64,000 nt of DNA, taken from the NCBI GenBank assembly GCA_050175015.1, contig JBFXJJ010000003.1:32001-96000 (forward strand). Direction: 5' to 3'. Both the position numbers and the translations under genes were made by a program. The notes under the pieces are model-generated. The model saw only the letters and a program-made list of their open reading frames with translations, was not told where the DNA came from and searched no databases. This document shows positions 9,417 to 19,137 of this stretch, piece after piece. This stretch comes from Alphaproteobacteria bacterium. GTDB lineage: Bacteria > Pseudomonadota > Alphaproteobacteria > JBFXJJ01. Each line of letters opens with the position of its first letter. The first letter of the stretch is position 1.

Positions 9417-9505
9417 CTAGATAACACAGGTTAAAACAAACATAACAAAGGCTGTAAGAGATAGGGATATACTCTTATCTTTATCTCTTACAAGCATAAA
9501 TATAT
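9417..9505 (-). pseudogene. Truncated fourth paralog (last ~29 codons only)
   Basis: Matches the 3' end of paralog 2 (IFMLVRDKDKSISLSLTAFVMFVLTCVI*), then similarity stops. Confidence 0.8.
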
Positions 9506-9576
9506 ATAATAGCTACTATAAATGCTGAAATATTTTTAATAAAGAGTTTTGTAAAAGCAAGTATGATTAAGAAAAA

Positions 9577-10554
9577 CTATGGCATTAAAACGATGTCTGC
9601 AAATATAGGTCGGTGGTCTGAGAAAAGAAAATCACCAACATCATAATTAGTCGTTTTTATTTTGCTAGAAGTTAAAATATGATCGATTGCTAAGCCAAAT
9701 ACTTTGGGGAATGGTATGCCTCTAATTGACCAACTGTTTTTTATTCCAAATCCCGTCATCGCACTTTTTAATTTAGAATTTTTTAGCAGTTTTCGAAAAC
9801 GATAATTGTAAGGTGTTATATTAAAATCACCGACGAGCAGTTTATATTGATTGTCATCTTTTTTTACTACATCTGCGATATATTCAAGTTCTTTAGTGTT
9901 ATTAAGCCAATAATTTTTTGTCGCAGGTGGAATAGTGTGCAGCCCAAACCATCTAATATCTTTATTATGAAATTTTATCGTTGCCGCTAAATATTTATTC
10001 CAATGCTGCGGAATATTATTAGAGCTGGTATTGACCAACTCATAACGGCTCAACAATGCAAATCCAAAGTTTCCGTTTTCTAAAACCATAAATTGATAGG
10101 GATATTTTTCTTTTAATCTATCTAAAAGGTCTTTTTGTTTAGGAGTAATTTCTTGAAATTGGATAACATCAAAAGACTTATCATTATTAATAATCCAATT
10201 ATAAATCGCATCAATTTTTTGATTTTCATAATACATATTAAATTGAAGAACAGATAGTTTTTCATCATCATTATTCTTTACTGAATCTTTTATATAATAT
10301 GGAAAAATCAGCAGAAAATTAAACAGTAATAAAGCCAAAGCCAAAATTACATATCTTTTTTTATTAATATAAAAAGAAAATAAAAAGACAAAGACGGAAG
10401 CCCAAAAATATTGCCAAACAAAGTGTGAAAATAAATCAAAGAACCAAAACCAGCGTCCTAATAAACCAATCAAATTTACGTATAGTAACAGGCGGATTAA
10501 TCCTGATAATTCCTTATTAGCTAGTTTTTTTATCTTGTCGTTAATACAAATCAT
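9577..10554 (-). CDS. Membrane-anchored endonuclease/exonuclease/phosphatase (EEP) family protein
   Basis: N-terminal TMs, FQE, GDFN, IDHIL, SDHRP motifs. Confidence 0.85.
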   Translation of the reverse strand: MICINDKIKKLANKELSGLIRLLLYVNLIGLLGRWFWFFDLFSHFVWQYFWASVFVFLFSFYINKKRYVILALALLLFNFLLIFPYYIKDSVKNNDDEKLSVLQFNMYYENQKIDAIYNWIINNDKSFDVIQFQEITPKQKDLLDRLKEKYPYQFMVLENGNFGFALLSRYELVNTSSNNIPQHWNKYLAATIKFHNKDIRWFGLHTIPPATKNYWLNNTKELEYIADVVKKDDNQYKLLVGDFNITPYNYRFRKLLKNSKLKSAMTGFGIKNSWSIRGIPFPKVFGLAIDHILTSSKIKTTNYDVGDFLFSDHRPIFADIVLMP

Positions 10555-10615
10555 TTAAAGCCTTTTTTTTAGATTTATTTGAGTGTTAAAAGGGTATAAA
10601 AGAAACGTCATAAAA

Positions 10616-12790
10616 CTATTTTTCTAAAGCGTGTAGCAATCTTGCTATTGCAATAAGTAAATGTCCATCGGTCATCGTAAAGAGTTTTTCTTTAATTTCA
10701 TCAAGCGGTACAAAATCATAAGGCAAATTTTTATTGATATTAACAGGGACAACAAAAGGATAGACTCTTTCTGGAGTTATGCCTGCACTTGGAAAATAAG
10801 GCGCTCCTAGCGGAGAGATCGTATTTTTATCAACTTTAAAATGAGCTGCAATTTTAGTTTTGGCGTCTTCTATGGTTTTGATGCCAAATTCCAAGCGCCA
10901 AGCTGGAAGCGTAAGTAAGCGGGCGTTATGTTCTTGTTTTTGGGGTACAGGAAGCATTCTCGTTTCTAAACCGACGTGAATCTCAGGTATAGCGCAAATC
11001 GGGACAGCCAAGATAGTATTAACACTGGAATGATTAGGAATTGCAAATTCCAATTCTTGCTCAGCTAAAGTTAAAGGTTCATCGTTTTGGATTGTTTGAT
11101 CGGCAAAGACAGATCTTACCAAACGCATATAATCAGCGCTTTTTTTTGTTTTAATATATGGTGATTGAGGAGGCAGCATTAAAAGCTGCTCTAAATTTTT
11201 CAGTTTGAGTTTTCCTTTGTGATTATTATTCGGAATAACAGGTTTTTCTCCAAAATAAGCTTCTTTGACAAGACCTAACTGCGTCATCAAAAAATGAATT
11301 CCAAGTTCCAATCGAGCCTCAGAAAGCACGCCAACCTGCGCTGCACGAAGAAGATTTTGCGCATCAAATTCTCGAACGCTGCCCGCCGTGCTAAATCCAG
11401 AAATATCTGCGGGAATAAAAGTTTCCTTTACGGGAGAGGCAATTTCAACAAAGTTAGAAAATATAACTTCATCAATGCCGCCTGGAGATGGGAAAAAATG
11501 TGGGCCAGATTTTATAGAAAGAATATCTTTAGCATTAATGCCAGCTCTTTGAGTTAAGACATCAGCAATATTTTCGTTCTTAGATTTTTTGTTAAGCATA
11601 GCGGTAAGAGGCTCAATCAGGTAGCCGCCCCATTGGGCGTTATCAATCATAACGGGGCCTCTAGGCATTGCGGTTGTAATTGGTCTTGGATAGCCGTGTC
11701 TTGCTACAATTCTAAGTCGTCCTTCGTGAATACGCCAAGGAAGAACATCACAAACAGGAAAAGGGCGTCTTATAACATCGTAGACAATATCTTTTCCTTT
11801 ATCTGACATTTTAAAAGATGATTTTTGTAGAAAAGAAGATTTTTTAGATGCAGGGCAGCGTTCTTTAAAACAAAGGCTGTCATTAGTTTCTACTTTTTGA
11901 GCAACGGCAACAAAGTTAGTTGCTGGCCAGTCTAATCTAGCCCCAGTTTCATCAAAAAAGTTAAACTTATTAACAAAGCGGTTTGCTATAATCCAAGGAT
12001 TATAATAGGGATTAGCGCACAAGAGCCGTCCGCCTGCTTTTCTAATTTCTTCCGAAAATTGCTGCGGCGAAAAGTAGCAGTATTCTTCCAAAAGTTCTAC
12101 GTCCCAATCTTCACGATAGTCTTTGCGCAAGACAAATTCGACTGCCCATTTATAAGGTAAACGAAAACGCCGGCTTCTTTTTTTATGAGAGCCAAGCTCT
12201 TCCATAAAAAAACCACTGCCGCATCGTTCATCGAGAGGTCGTGCTGTTTGAGCAAATTTGCTTAAAAGTTCGGCATCATCATTATTATAAAGCTCAATGA
12301 TGATACACTCTTCAGAGGCGGGTCGAACAAAATCCCGTAAGACAAAAATGCCGCCATTTTTGAGGCACGCAAGATGACTAGCGAGGGCTTGACGTACAGC
12401 ATTAATGCTGTAGCCGTTAAAAGTATAAATATGGTGAAGTGTTGAAGAGCTTAGTATGCCATCAAGCGGGTCTTGAGCAAAAATTGGTTCAGAAACATCT
12501 CCGATTTTAAATTCAAGGTTAGGTAATTTGTAGTGTTCTTTAGCAAAATTGATTGATTCGGGATTAATATCAACTCCAATTACATTAATTTGAGGGTTAA
12601 GCAATGCTAGCTGGTATGCCCCAGTTCCAGAGCCGCAACCCATATCCGCTATTCTGGAATTGGGGTCAAGCAGTAAATGTGCGCCTAAAAAAGCGAGCTT
12701 TTGCTGCATAGTCGTATCCATACCAGTGTAGTAATGCTCGTAATTGTTTTTGCCCCCACGGTCTTGTGCGGTATAACTATTGTTATTCAT
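10616..12790 (-). CDS. Class I SAM-dependent methyltransferase fused to two Nudix-like domains
   Basis: IADMGCGSG, GVDIN, SSTLHH in the N-terminal part; FPSPGGIDE and YFPSAGITPE resemble the SPG-x-E strand of ADP-ribose pyrophosphatase folds. Confidence 0.65.
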   Translation of the reverse strand: MNNNSYTAQDRGGKNNYEHYYTGMDTTMQQKLAFLGAHLLLDPNSRIADMGCGSGTGAYQLALLNPQINVIGVDINPESINFAKEHYKLPNLEFKIGDVSEPIFAQDPLDGILSSSTLHHIYTFNGYSINAVRQALASHLACLKNGGIFVLRDFVRPASEECIIIELYNNDDAELLSKFAQTARPLDERCGSGFFMEELGSHKKRSRRFRLPYKWAVEFVLRKDYREDWDVELLEEYCYFSPQQFSEEIRKAGGRLLCANPYYNPWIIANRFVNKFNFFDETGARLDWPATNFVAVAQKVETNDSLCFKERCPASKKSSFLQKSSFKMSDKGKDIVYDVIRRPFPVCDVLPWRIHEGRLRIVARHGYPRPITTAMPRGPVMIDNAQWGGYLIEPLTAMLNKKSKNENIADVLTQRAGINAKDILSIKSGPHFFPSPGGIDEVIFSNFVEIASPVKETFIPADISGFSTAGSVREFDAQNLLRAAQVGVLSEARLELGIHFLMTQLGLVKEAYFGEKPVIPNNNHKGKLKLKNLEQLLMLPPQSPYIKTKKSADYMRLVRSVFADQTIQNDEPLTLAEQELEFAIPNHSSVNTILAVPICAIPEIHVGLETRMLPVPQKQEHNARLLTLPAWRLEFGIKTIEDAKTKIAAHFKVDKNTISPLGAPYFPSAGITPERVYPFVVPVNINKNLPYDFVPLDEIKEKLFTMTDGHLLIAIARLLHALEK

Positions 12791-12799
12791 TTTATTTTC

Positions 12800-13519
12800 T
12801 TAAATGGTTCGATTAAAAAATATGGTAGAAAAACCGTCCTTAAGACGGTAAAGCTGAGCAGGACGATTGCTCGCAGAACGTTTTTCGCCATCTATTGGTT
12901 CTACAAAATCTAACTCTGCAATTCGTTTGCGAAAAGCCGACTTATCAATTTTTCGCCCCAAAATTTGTTCATAAACTTCTTGTAAATCGGGCAAAGTAAA
13001 TTTTTCTGAAAGAAGATGAACAGGAAGTGTCGTGTATTCCACTTTAGCCCGCAAGCGTTTTACGGCACAGTTGATAATTTGGCTATGATCAAAAGCTAAG
13101 TTTGTCATCTGCTCTTGATTGTCAATTTTAAACCAGTTTACGGCAGCAGCGTTGCCCCCTTCCTTAAGCAGCATTGTTTCAGAAGAAACCAACGCAAAAT
13201 AAGTAAAGGTTGCCGTCCAACCTCGAGGATCTCTTTCGTTATCCCCAAAGCTGCCTAATTGTTCAATATAAGGAGGAGTTATTCCTGTTTTGCTTTTAAG
13301 AATTCGTAAAGCAGCGGCATCAAGATTAAGATCTTCTTGAGGGTGAATATAGCCCCCAGGAAGCGCCCAATTTTCTTTAAAAGGTTCATTTTTGCGCTGC
13401 ATTAACAGGACATAAAGCTCACCATCTCGTAAGGTCAATATAACAACATCGATAGTTGCAAAAGGTTTAGGATAACCTGCGTCTAAATCATCAAAATTTT
13501 TATCTTTATTTTCAATCAT
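12800..13519 (-). CDS. nrtR: NrtR-family Nudix-wHTH transcriptional regulator
   Basis: WALPGG, EQLGSF..RDPRG, LAFDH, FTLPDLQEVYE, FRKR, RPAQLY. Confidence 0.9.
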   Translation of the reverse strand: MIENKDKNFDDLDAGYPKPFATIDVVILTLRDGELYVLLMQRKNEPFKENWALPGGYIHPQEDLNLDAAALRILKSKTGITPPYIEQLGSFGDNERDPRGWTATFTYFALVSSETMLLKEGGNAAAVNWFKIDNQEQMTNLAFDHSQIINCAVKRLRAKVEYTTLPVHLLSEKFTLPDLQEVYEQILGRKIDKSAFRKRIAELDFVEPIDGEKRSASNRPAQLYRLKDGFSTIFFNRTI

Positions 13520-13537
13520 TTAATATCCTATAGTATC

Positions 13538-13592
13538 TTAGTTGTTATTTTACACTAACTTAGTTGACAAATACAACTAAGTGGGTTATAAC
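13538..13592. promoter_or_regulatory. Tandem NrtR-type operators overlapping a sigma70 promoter
   Basis: TTAGTTGTTATTTTACACTAA (13538-13558) and perfect ACTTAGTTG-N7-CAACTAAGT (13558-13582); TTGACA(13564)-N17-TATAAC(13587). Confidence 0.75.
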
Positions 13593-13670
13593 AGAATTAT
13601 AGCATATATTTCAGTTTAAAAGATATAGGCTTTATTAAGACTAAAATGTCATTTTTAAGGAGTAGCTCTA

Positions 13671-14681
13671 ATGTTAGGATTCAAATTTGCTAAAGCCCAG
13701 CCAACAGATTATGTTATTGAGTTTAAAAATGGTAAGCCACGTCGTGAAGGAGCAGGTTTATCGGTCATATATTTTGCTCCGACAACCTCGTTAATGGTTG
13801 TTCCAACCTCAAGTATGAATGAACCTTTTATTTTTGAAGAAGAAACTCTTGATTATCAAAGTCTAACCGTGCAAGGACAGATAACGTATCATATTTATAA
13901 ACCGCATCGTGCTGCTGAAATGCTTAATTTCACGCTAGCTCCTAATGGGAAATATGTTTCGGAAGATCTCAAGCTGCTTCCTCGCAGGGTTTTAGAGCAG
14001 GTTCGAGTTGTGCTAAAAGCAGAAATCAGGGCGATGAATTTGAAGCAGGCGTTATCTAGTGCTGATAATCTTGAGAGCAAGGCTATGGTGGCGTTAGGTA
14101 AGAGCAGTATGTTTGAACGTTATGGTATCGAATTACTGGGGTTATCTATTTTGGCTATTAAAGCTAAGCCTGAAACTGCAAAGGCTCTGGAAGCCGATGC
14201 CCGTGAAAATCTTTTGCGGATTGCTGACGAAGCTATTTATGCCAGAAGGAATGCGGCGGTAGAACAAGAACGAGCGATTAAAGAAAATGAACTTAATACG
14301 GAAATCGCAATCAAGAACAAAGAACGAGAAATTACCGAAGTTAAGATGCAGACTGAAAAAGAAAAAATAAAGCTTATGCAGCAGATAAAAGAAGAAGAAA
14401 TGGCAGGTAAGATTAAACTCGAGGAGCAAAATGGTGAACTGATTAAATTATCGACAGCTAATGCCAAAGAACAATCTGAGGCTCAGGCTTATGGCATAGA
14501 GATTGTTATGAAAGCTTTTGCAACAAGCGATGCGTCGGTTTTGCAATCGCTGGCTAGTATCGGTATGAAACCAGGGCAGATGATGGCTTTAGCTTTTAGA
14601 GATATTGCTGGAAATGCAAATAAAATCGGACAGTTGAATCTTTCTCCAGATCTTTTAAGAGAAATTATGGCTTCAAAATAA
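13671..14681 (+). CDS. SPFH/Band-7 domain protein with coiled-coil
   Basis: Band-7-like N-terminus, A/E/K-rich coiled coil (ADEAIYARRNAAVEQERAIKENEL), IGQLNLSPDLL end. Confidence 0.8.
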   Translation: MLGFKFAKAQPTDYVIEFKNGKPRREGAGLSVIYFAPTTSLMVVPTSSMNEPFIFEEETLDYQSLTVQGQITYHIYKPHRAAEMLNFTLAPNGKYVSEDLKLLPRRVLEQVRVVLKAEIRAMNLKQALSSADNLESKAMVALGKSSMFERYGIELLGLSILAIKAKPETAKALEADARENLLRIADEAIYARRNAAVEQERAIKENELNTEIAIKNKEREITEVKMQTEKEKIKLMQQIKEEEMAGKIKLEEQNGELIKLSTANAKEQSEAQAYGIEIVMKAFATSDASVLQSLASIGMKPGQMMALAFRDIAGNANKIGQLNLSPDLLREIMASK

Positions 14682-14699
14682 GCAAAGGGAGGCTTCCAT

Positions 14700-15638
14700 A
14701 TGTCAAAATCGTATGAACGTAAAATAGTGCTAGTTGTTCGTCCAACCAGACTTGATGAACTAATTGCAAGGTTCAATACGGAACAGCAGGCTCAGTTCTA
14801 TGTTGAGCATATGGGAGCCGACTTTTCTGATTATCTAATGGAACATAAAAAGTATAAGGAGGCAGTTGTTAATGTCGAATCCGTCCTGCGCTCTTATGGA
14901 ATTGTTCAGAATTTGGAGCGAAGATTTTTGCCTAATTATACTTTTGGATTGCAGGATATTGTCGTCGTTTTAGGACAGGACGGGTTGGTTGCCAATACCA
15001 TAAAATATTTAAACCAGCAAAGAGTCATCGCCCTTAATCCTGACCCTAAACGTTGGAACGGAGTTTTAATGCCGTTTGAAGTCAAAGATTTACATAACAT
15101 TATAAAGGAAGAAGTAACAGCACCTCGTTTGGTAAAAAAAATTACTATGGCAAAGGCTTCGCTTAATGATGGACAGGAGCTTTATGCTGTAAATGATTTT
15201 TATATAGGGCAAAAAACTCACGTTTCTTCTCGTTATGTTTTACGTCTTGGTCAAAATGAGGAAAGCCAGTCCTCAAGCGGAATTATTGTTTCAACAGGAT
15301 TAGGCTCAACTGGTTGGTTAAAGAGTATTTATGCTGGTTGGAAAGCCGCATCTAAGTGGCTGGTGCAAAAGGATTTTGAACAAATCGGCGATGGTTCTTT
15401 TGCTTGGGATTCGGACATTTTAAATTATTATGTGAGAGAGCCTTATCCCAGCGTTAACACCAAAGCCGAAATGGTAATGGGGCGTATTAATAATAAAGAA
15501 AAAATAACCATTGTTTCCCAGATGTCTGAAAATGGCGTGATTTTTAGTGATGGAATTGAAAATGATTTTTTGGAATTTAACAGCGGCAGTAAAGTCGATA
15601 TAGGAATTGCTGAGCGCCAAGGTTTGCTGGTAGTGTGA
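14700..15638 (+). CDS. NAD kinase-like protein
   Basis: GQDG (GGDG-like), AVND (NE-like), SSGIIVSTGLGSTGW (NADK TPTGST-like). Confidence 0.75.
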   Translation: MSKSYERKIVLVVRPTRLDELIARFNTEQQAQFYVEHMGADFSDYLMEHKKYKEAVVNVESVLRSYGIVQNLERRFLPNYTFGLQDIVVVLGQDGLVANTIKYLNQQRVIALNPDPKRWNGVLMPFEVKDLHNIIKEEVTAPRLVKKITMAKASLNDGQELYAVNDFYIGQKTHVSSRYVLRLGQNEESQSSSGIIVSTGLGSTGWLKSIYAGWKAASKWLVQKDFEQIGDGSFAWDSDILNYYVREPYPSVNTKAEMVMGRINNKEKITIVSQMSENGVIFSDGIENDFLEFNSGSKVDIGIAERQGLLVV

Positions 15639-15926
15639 TTATAACAGCATATTTCATTTGAAACGGTATCATTTTAATGAGATTAAGAAAGCTTTCTAAG
15701 GTCTAAAAATTTATTGAGACAAAATCAAAGAGCAGTTTTATAGCTTTTATAAATAAAATATCGGCAAATAATAATATTAAAAGTGTTTTTTAGTGGACAA
15801 TAATAGTTTGTTTTGTCTATGATAATTGGCATATAAAGATATTAATAATTTTTAGTCTTTATTTTGGTTGCAAAAAATTTTATAGAAAACATTACAAAAG
15901 ATATTTTTTAAGGAAGAATATAGAAA

Positions 15927-17048
15927 ATGGCAAAAGCAAAATTATCTCTTCTTGAAGCATTTGACGCCACAGCTCCTAGACGTGGGGGATTAAAGCAAAA
16001 TCCAGCAAAACCAATTCATGAAATGAAAATTCCTGGAGCAGAAAGACCTTTAAGAATTTTAGGTAATGATAAGGATTTTAAAAAAATAGAGAGAATGTTA
16101 ACTCGAATTGTAGAAACCAGCCCTTCTTCTTTAGAAAATATAAAATGTGCGACAGATGCAGGTTATACGGTTGAATTTACCCATGTTCCAGGGGCAGGCG
16201 GGGAATGTACGCAAGATGGCAGATTTATAACTTTAGCGCCAAATTGCGATGAAAAAGACTCTATTTTCACCTTGCTGCATGAAATGCGTCATGCTTATCA
16301 ATTTGAGCACGGCTGCGATGAGGTGTTTGGAAACAGAAACATAAAGTCAGAAATAATGTATACAAGACTGACTGAAGCTGATGCAAATGTTGCAAGTGTA
16401 AACGGTGTTTACGAGATGTCAAAGGGTGGAGATAAAATAAGCTTAAACGATTTTGTTAGATCCCATTATACTGTTGTTGAGCCGTTTTTGGCTGAAATCG
16501 AAAAAAATCCAGATCTCATAAACAAGGCTAAGACAGAAAGCTTAAAAGGTTTTTGTGATGGTATCTATGTTATAGATTTTTATGAAAAAGGTTATATAAC
16601 AGGAGATATGATTGATTCATATAAAAATGATAAAGCAGATAAGAAAAAATATAATATCAATGTAATACCGAAAGAAGCTGTTGATTTAGTTTGCCATACT
16701 GATAATGGAAATTATTTTTATGGTGATCCAGACGTTATGGGGCAAGGTAAGTTTGTACAGGTTGGTGAAGATAATAAGAAAATATGGGAAGAATACTTTG
16801 ATTGGCGGGAAAAACAATATGGACTTCCTAAAGATGAGTCATTTAAGGACTTGCCAACAAGATCAGCATTGACTAGACCTTGGATATACTATGATGAGAA
16901 AGACGTAACGTTTGCTTTAAAACCAGATGTAGGAATTCCTAAAAGGCAACAGATTGCGGCAGAACGTATTAAAAGTAAAAAGCAAGAGCAAAAACAGCCT
17001 CAAGATGCTGTTATTAGCAAAATCGCTCAGAATAAAGGGAGAGGTTAA
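15927..17048 (+). CDS. HExxH putative metallopeptidase (DUF6782-like), basic C-terminal tail
   Basis: TLLHEMRHAYQ then TEADA; ends QDAVISKIAQNKGRG. Confidence 0.6.
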   Translation: MAKAKLSLLEAFDATAPRRGGLKQNPAKPIHEMKIPGAERPLRILGNDKDFKKIERMLTRIVETSPSSLENIKCATDAGYTVEFTHVPGAGGECTQDGRFITLAPNCDEKDSIFTLLHEMRHAYQFEHGCDEVFGNRNIKSEIMYTRLTEADANVASVNGVYEMSKGGDKISLNDFVRSHYTVVEPFLAEIEKNPDLINKAKTESLKGFCDGIYVIDFYEKGYITGDMIDSYKNDKADKKKYNINVIPKEAVDLVCHTDNGNYFYGDPDVMGQGKFVQVGEDNKKIWEEYFDWREKQYGLPKDESFKDLPTRSALTRPWIYYDEKDVTFALKPDVGIPKRQQIAAERIKSKKQEQKQPQDAVISKIAQNKGRG

Positions 17049-17050
17049 CT

Positions 17051-17653
17051 TTGGTATTTAACTGGAAAGAAATTGATGGAACAGAAAAATCTGTTCTAAT
17101 AAAAAGAGCAAACGATTTACACGACCATCCTTTTTTTGCAGATGATAATACTGATGTATATATTTCTGTCCTACCTTTTTATGAAAGAATACAGCTCCTT
17201 GAGTTAAGAGGCGGCTTTGGTAGAATGCGAAAAAAAATGCAGTTTCTTTTTAATGATGAACTCATCATAAAAGTAAACGGAGACCAAGCGTCTATATATG
17301 ATGCCAACATTGCTGGTGGTGTGAAACTCAATCTAGAAAACGCTTTTGATTATACCAAGTTTTTTGTGGAATCGTTAGCAACAGAAGGCGGAGAATTTAA
17401 AATAATTGAAAAATTTGAAGATGTAAAATTTACTAACGAGCCTTCTAAAGAAATTATAGAAAAATTGCCTTTGTTAATAAAAAAAGCCGATGTAAAAGAG
17501 CTGGATGATCATTATAAATTGGTCTTTTGCGTTTTTTATGACAACAATCTTTTTGAAACAACCGCTGTTTTGAAAAAAGATGGTAATTTGCAATTAGTAA
17601 AAGAAGACTTGCTCTTGGAAGATGTGCCGACTAAAAATATATTATATATGTAA
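17051..17653 (+). CDS. Hypothetical protein
   Basis: TTG start 2 nt after the upstream stop with GAGG RBS; 200-aa soluble ORF. Confidence 0.7.
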   Translation: MVFNWKEIDGTEKSVLIKRANDLHDHPFFADDNTDVYISVLPFYERIQLLELRGGFGRMRKKMQFLFNDELIIKVNGDQASIYDANIAGGVKLNLENAFDYTKFFVESLATEGGEFKIIEKFEDVKFTNEPSKEIIEKLPLLIKKADVKELDDHYKLVFCVFYDNNLFETTAVLKKDGNLQLVKEDLLLEDVPTKNILYM

Positions 17654-17857
17654 TTATCAAGAATCTTAGTAGTTGCAGTTTAAAAATGTAAGTTCTAACC
17701 TTGCATAGCAGTTTCAAAAATATAAGATAAACCAAAAAACAAATTAACTTTGGCATTAACGTTAAAGAGCAAGTTATTATTGCTTTTAAGCGATTAATGT
17801 TAATAATAGCCTTAAAGTTTAAATTATATAGTTTTTAGAAACTTTGGGAGAACTTTT

Positions 17858-19132
17858 ATGAGATTTGCAACAAAGGCATTACATGCGGGGCATAATCCTG
17901 ATAAATCTAACCATTCAATCACCGTTCCGATATACTCTAATACCGCGTTTAGTTTTGAAGATTTAAATCACGCCGCTGATTTGTTTGATTTAAAAACGAG
18001 TGGGGATATTTATACAAGAATCTCAAATCCAACAAATAATATTCTTGAAGAGAGATTAGCGGAGCTTGAAGGCGGGGTTGGGGCTTTGGTGGTTTCGTCA
18101 GGACAGTCGGCATCTTTGCTTTCAGTTTTGAATATTGTTTCGGCTGGTGATGAAATTGTTGCTTCATCTTCATTATATGGCGGTACGACTAATCTGTTTG
18201 CGGTAACGCTTAAAAAACTAGGAATTAAAACAACTTTTGTTGCTTCTGAAAATCCTGAAGATTATGCAAAGCATATCACAGATAAAACCAAATGTATTTA
18301 TACCGAGTTTATAGGTAATCCAAAATTAAATATTGCCGATGTTGAAGGTTTAGCCAAAGTTGCTCATAGATACGATATTCCTCTGATTGTTGACAGCACG
18401 GTTGCGACCCCTTATTTATCAAGACCATTTGAATTTGGAGCCGATATTGTTATTCATTCGACCTCCAAATATATTGGCGGACACGGCAATTCCCTTGGCG
18501 GGGTTATTATTGATTCGGGGAAATTCGACTGGAGTAAATCGGCAAAATTTAAAGAACTTGTTGAGCCAGATCCGAGTTATCACGGAATGAGTTATGTTGA
18601 AAGCTTTAAGGAAGCGGCATATATCACTAAAGCGAGGGTTCAGCTTATTCGAGATTTAGGAACGACGCTAAGTCCTTTCAATGCGTTTTTAATTTTGCAG
18701 GGAATAGAAACGCTTAATCTTAGAATGGAGCGTCATTCGCAAAATGCTTATGATGTTGCTAAATTTTTAGAAAACCATTCTGCGGTTGAATGGGTGAATT
18801 ATCCCAAAATGAAAAATTCTCCTTATTATGATTTAGCTCAAAAATATTTTCCTAAAGGCGCATCATCTTTAGTAACATTTGGGATAAAAGGCGGGCAGGA
18901 GGCTGGAGCCAAATTTATTGATAGTATTAATTTGCTTATTCACGCTACCAATATTGGTGATTCTCGCAGTATTATTACCTATCCTGCTCTTACGACCCAT
19001 CGTCAGCTTAATTTGGAACAGTTAAACGCTTGTGGAATTTCTTCAGGTTTTATGAGACTGTCAATCGGGCTGGAAGATGTTCAAGACATTATTGAAGATA
19101 TAAATCAGGCATTAAACAAATCTCAAGGATAA
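17858..19132 (+). CDS. metY: O-acetylhomoserine aminocarboxypropyltransferase
   Basis: [23 protein letters not shown] lysine, [16 protein letters not shown]. Confidence 0.92.
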   Translation: MRFATKALHAGHNPDKSNHSITVPIYSNTAFSFEDLNHAADLFDLKTSGDIYTRISNPTNNILEERLAELEGGVGALVVSSGQSASLLSVLNIVSAGDEIVASSSLYGGTTNLFAVTLKKLGIKTTFVASENPEDYAKHITDKTKCIYTEFIGNPKLNIADVEGLAKVAHRYDIPLIVDSTVATPYLSRPFEFGADIVIHSTSKYIGGHGNSLGGVIIDSGKFDWSKSAKFKELVEPDPSYHGMSYVESFKEAAYITKARVQLIRDLGTTLSPFNAFLILQGIETLNLRMERHSQNAYDVAKFLENHSAVEWVNYPKMKNSPYYDLAQKYFPKGASSLVTFGIKGGQEAGAKFIDSINLLIHATNIGDSRSIITYPALTTHRQLNLEQLNACGISSGFMRLSIGLEDVQDIIEDINQALNKSQG

Positions 19133-19137
19133 GAAAT

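Larger units (their letters stand above)
7052..9505. repeat. Tandem array of ~750-bp units (3 full + 1 truncated): toxin 3'-end relic + convergent membrane-protein gene + its promoter region
   Basis: Minus-strand stop codons recur at 7170, 7924, 8669, 9417 (periods 754, 745, 748); ~210-bp intergenic blocks are near-identical. Confidence 0.93.

Noticed and set aside
7052-9505. CRISPR array or integron attC cassettes
   Set aside because: Units are ~750 bp with paralogous genes; no short repeat-spacer pattern, no attC palindromes, no cas or intI
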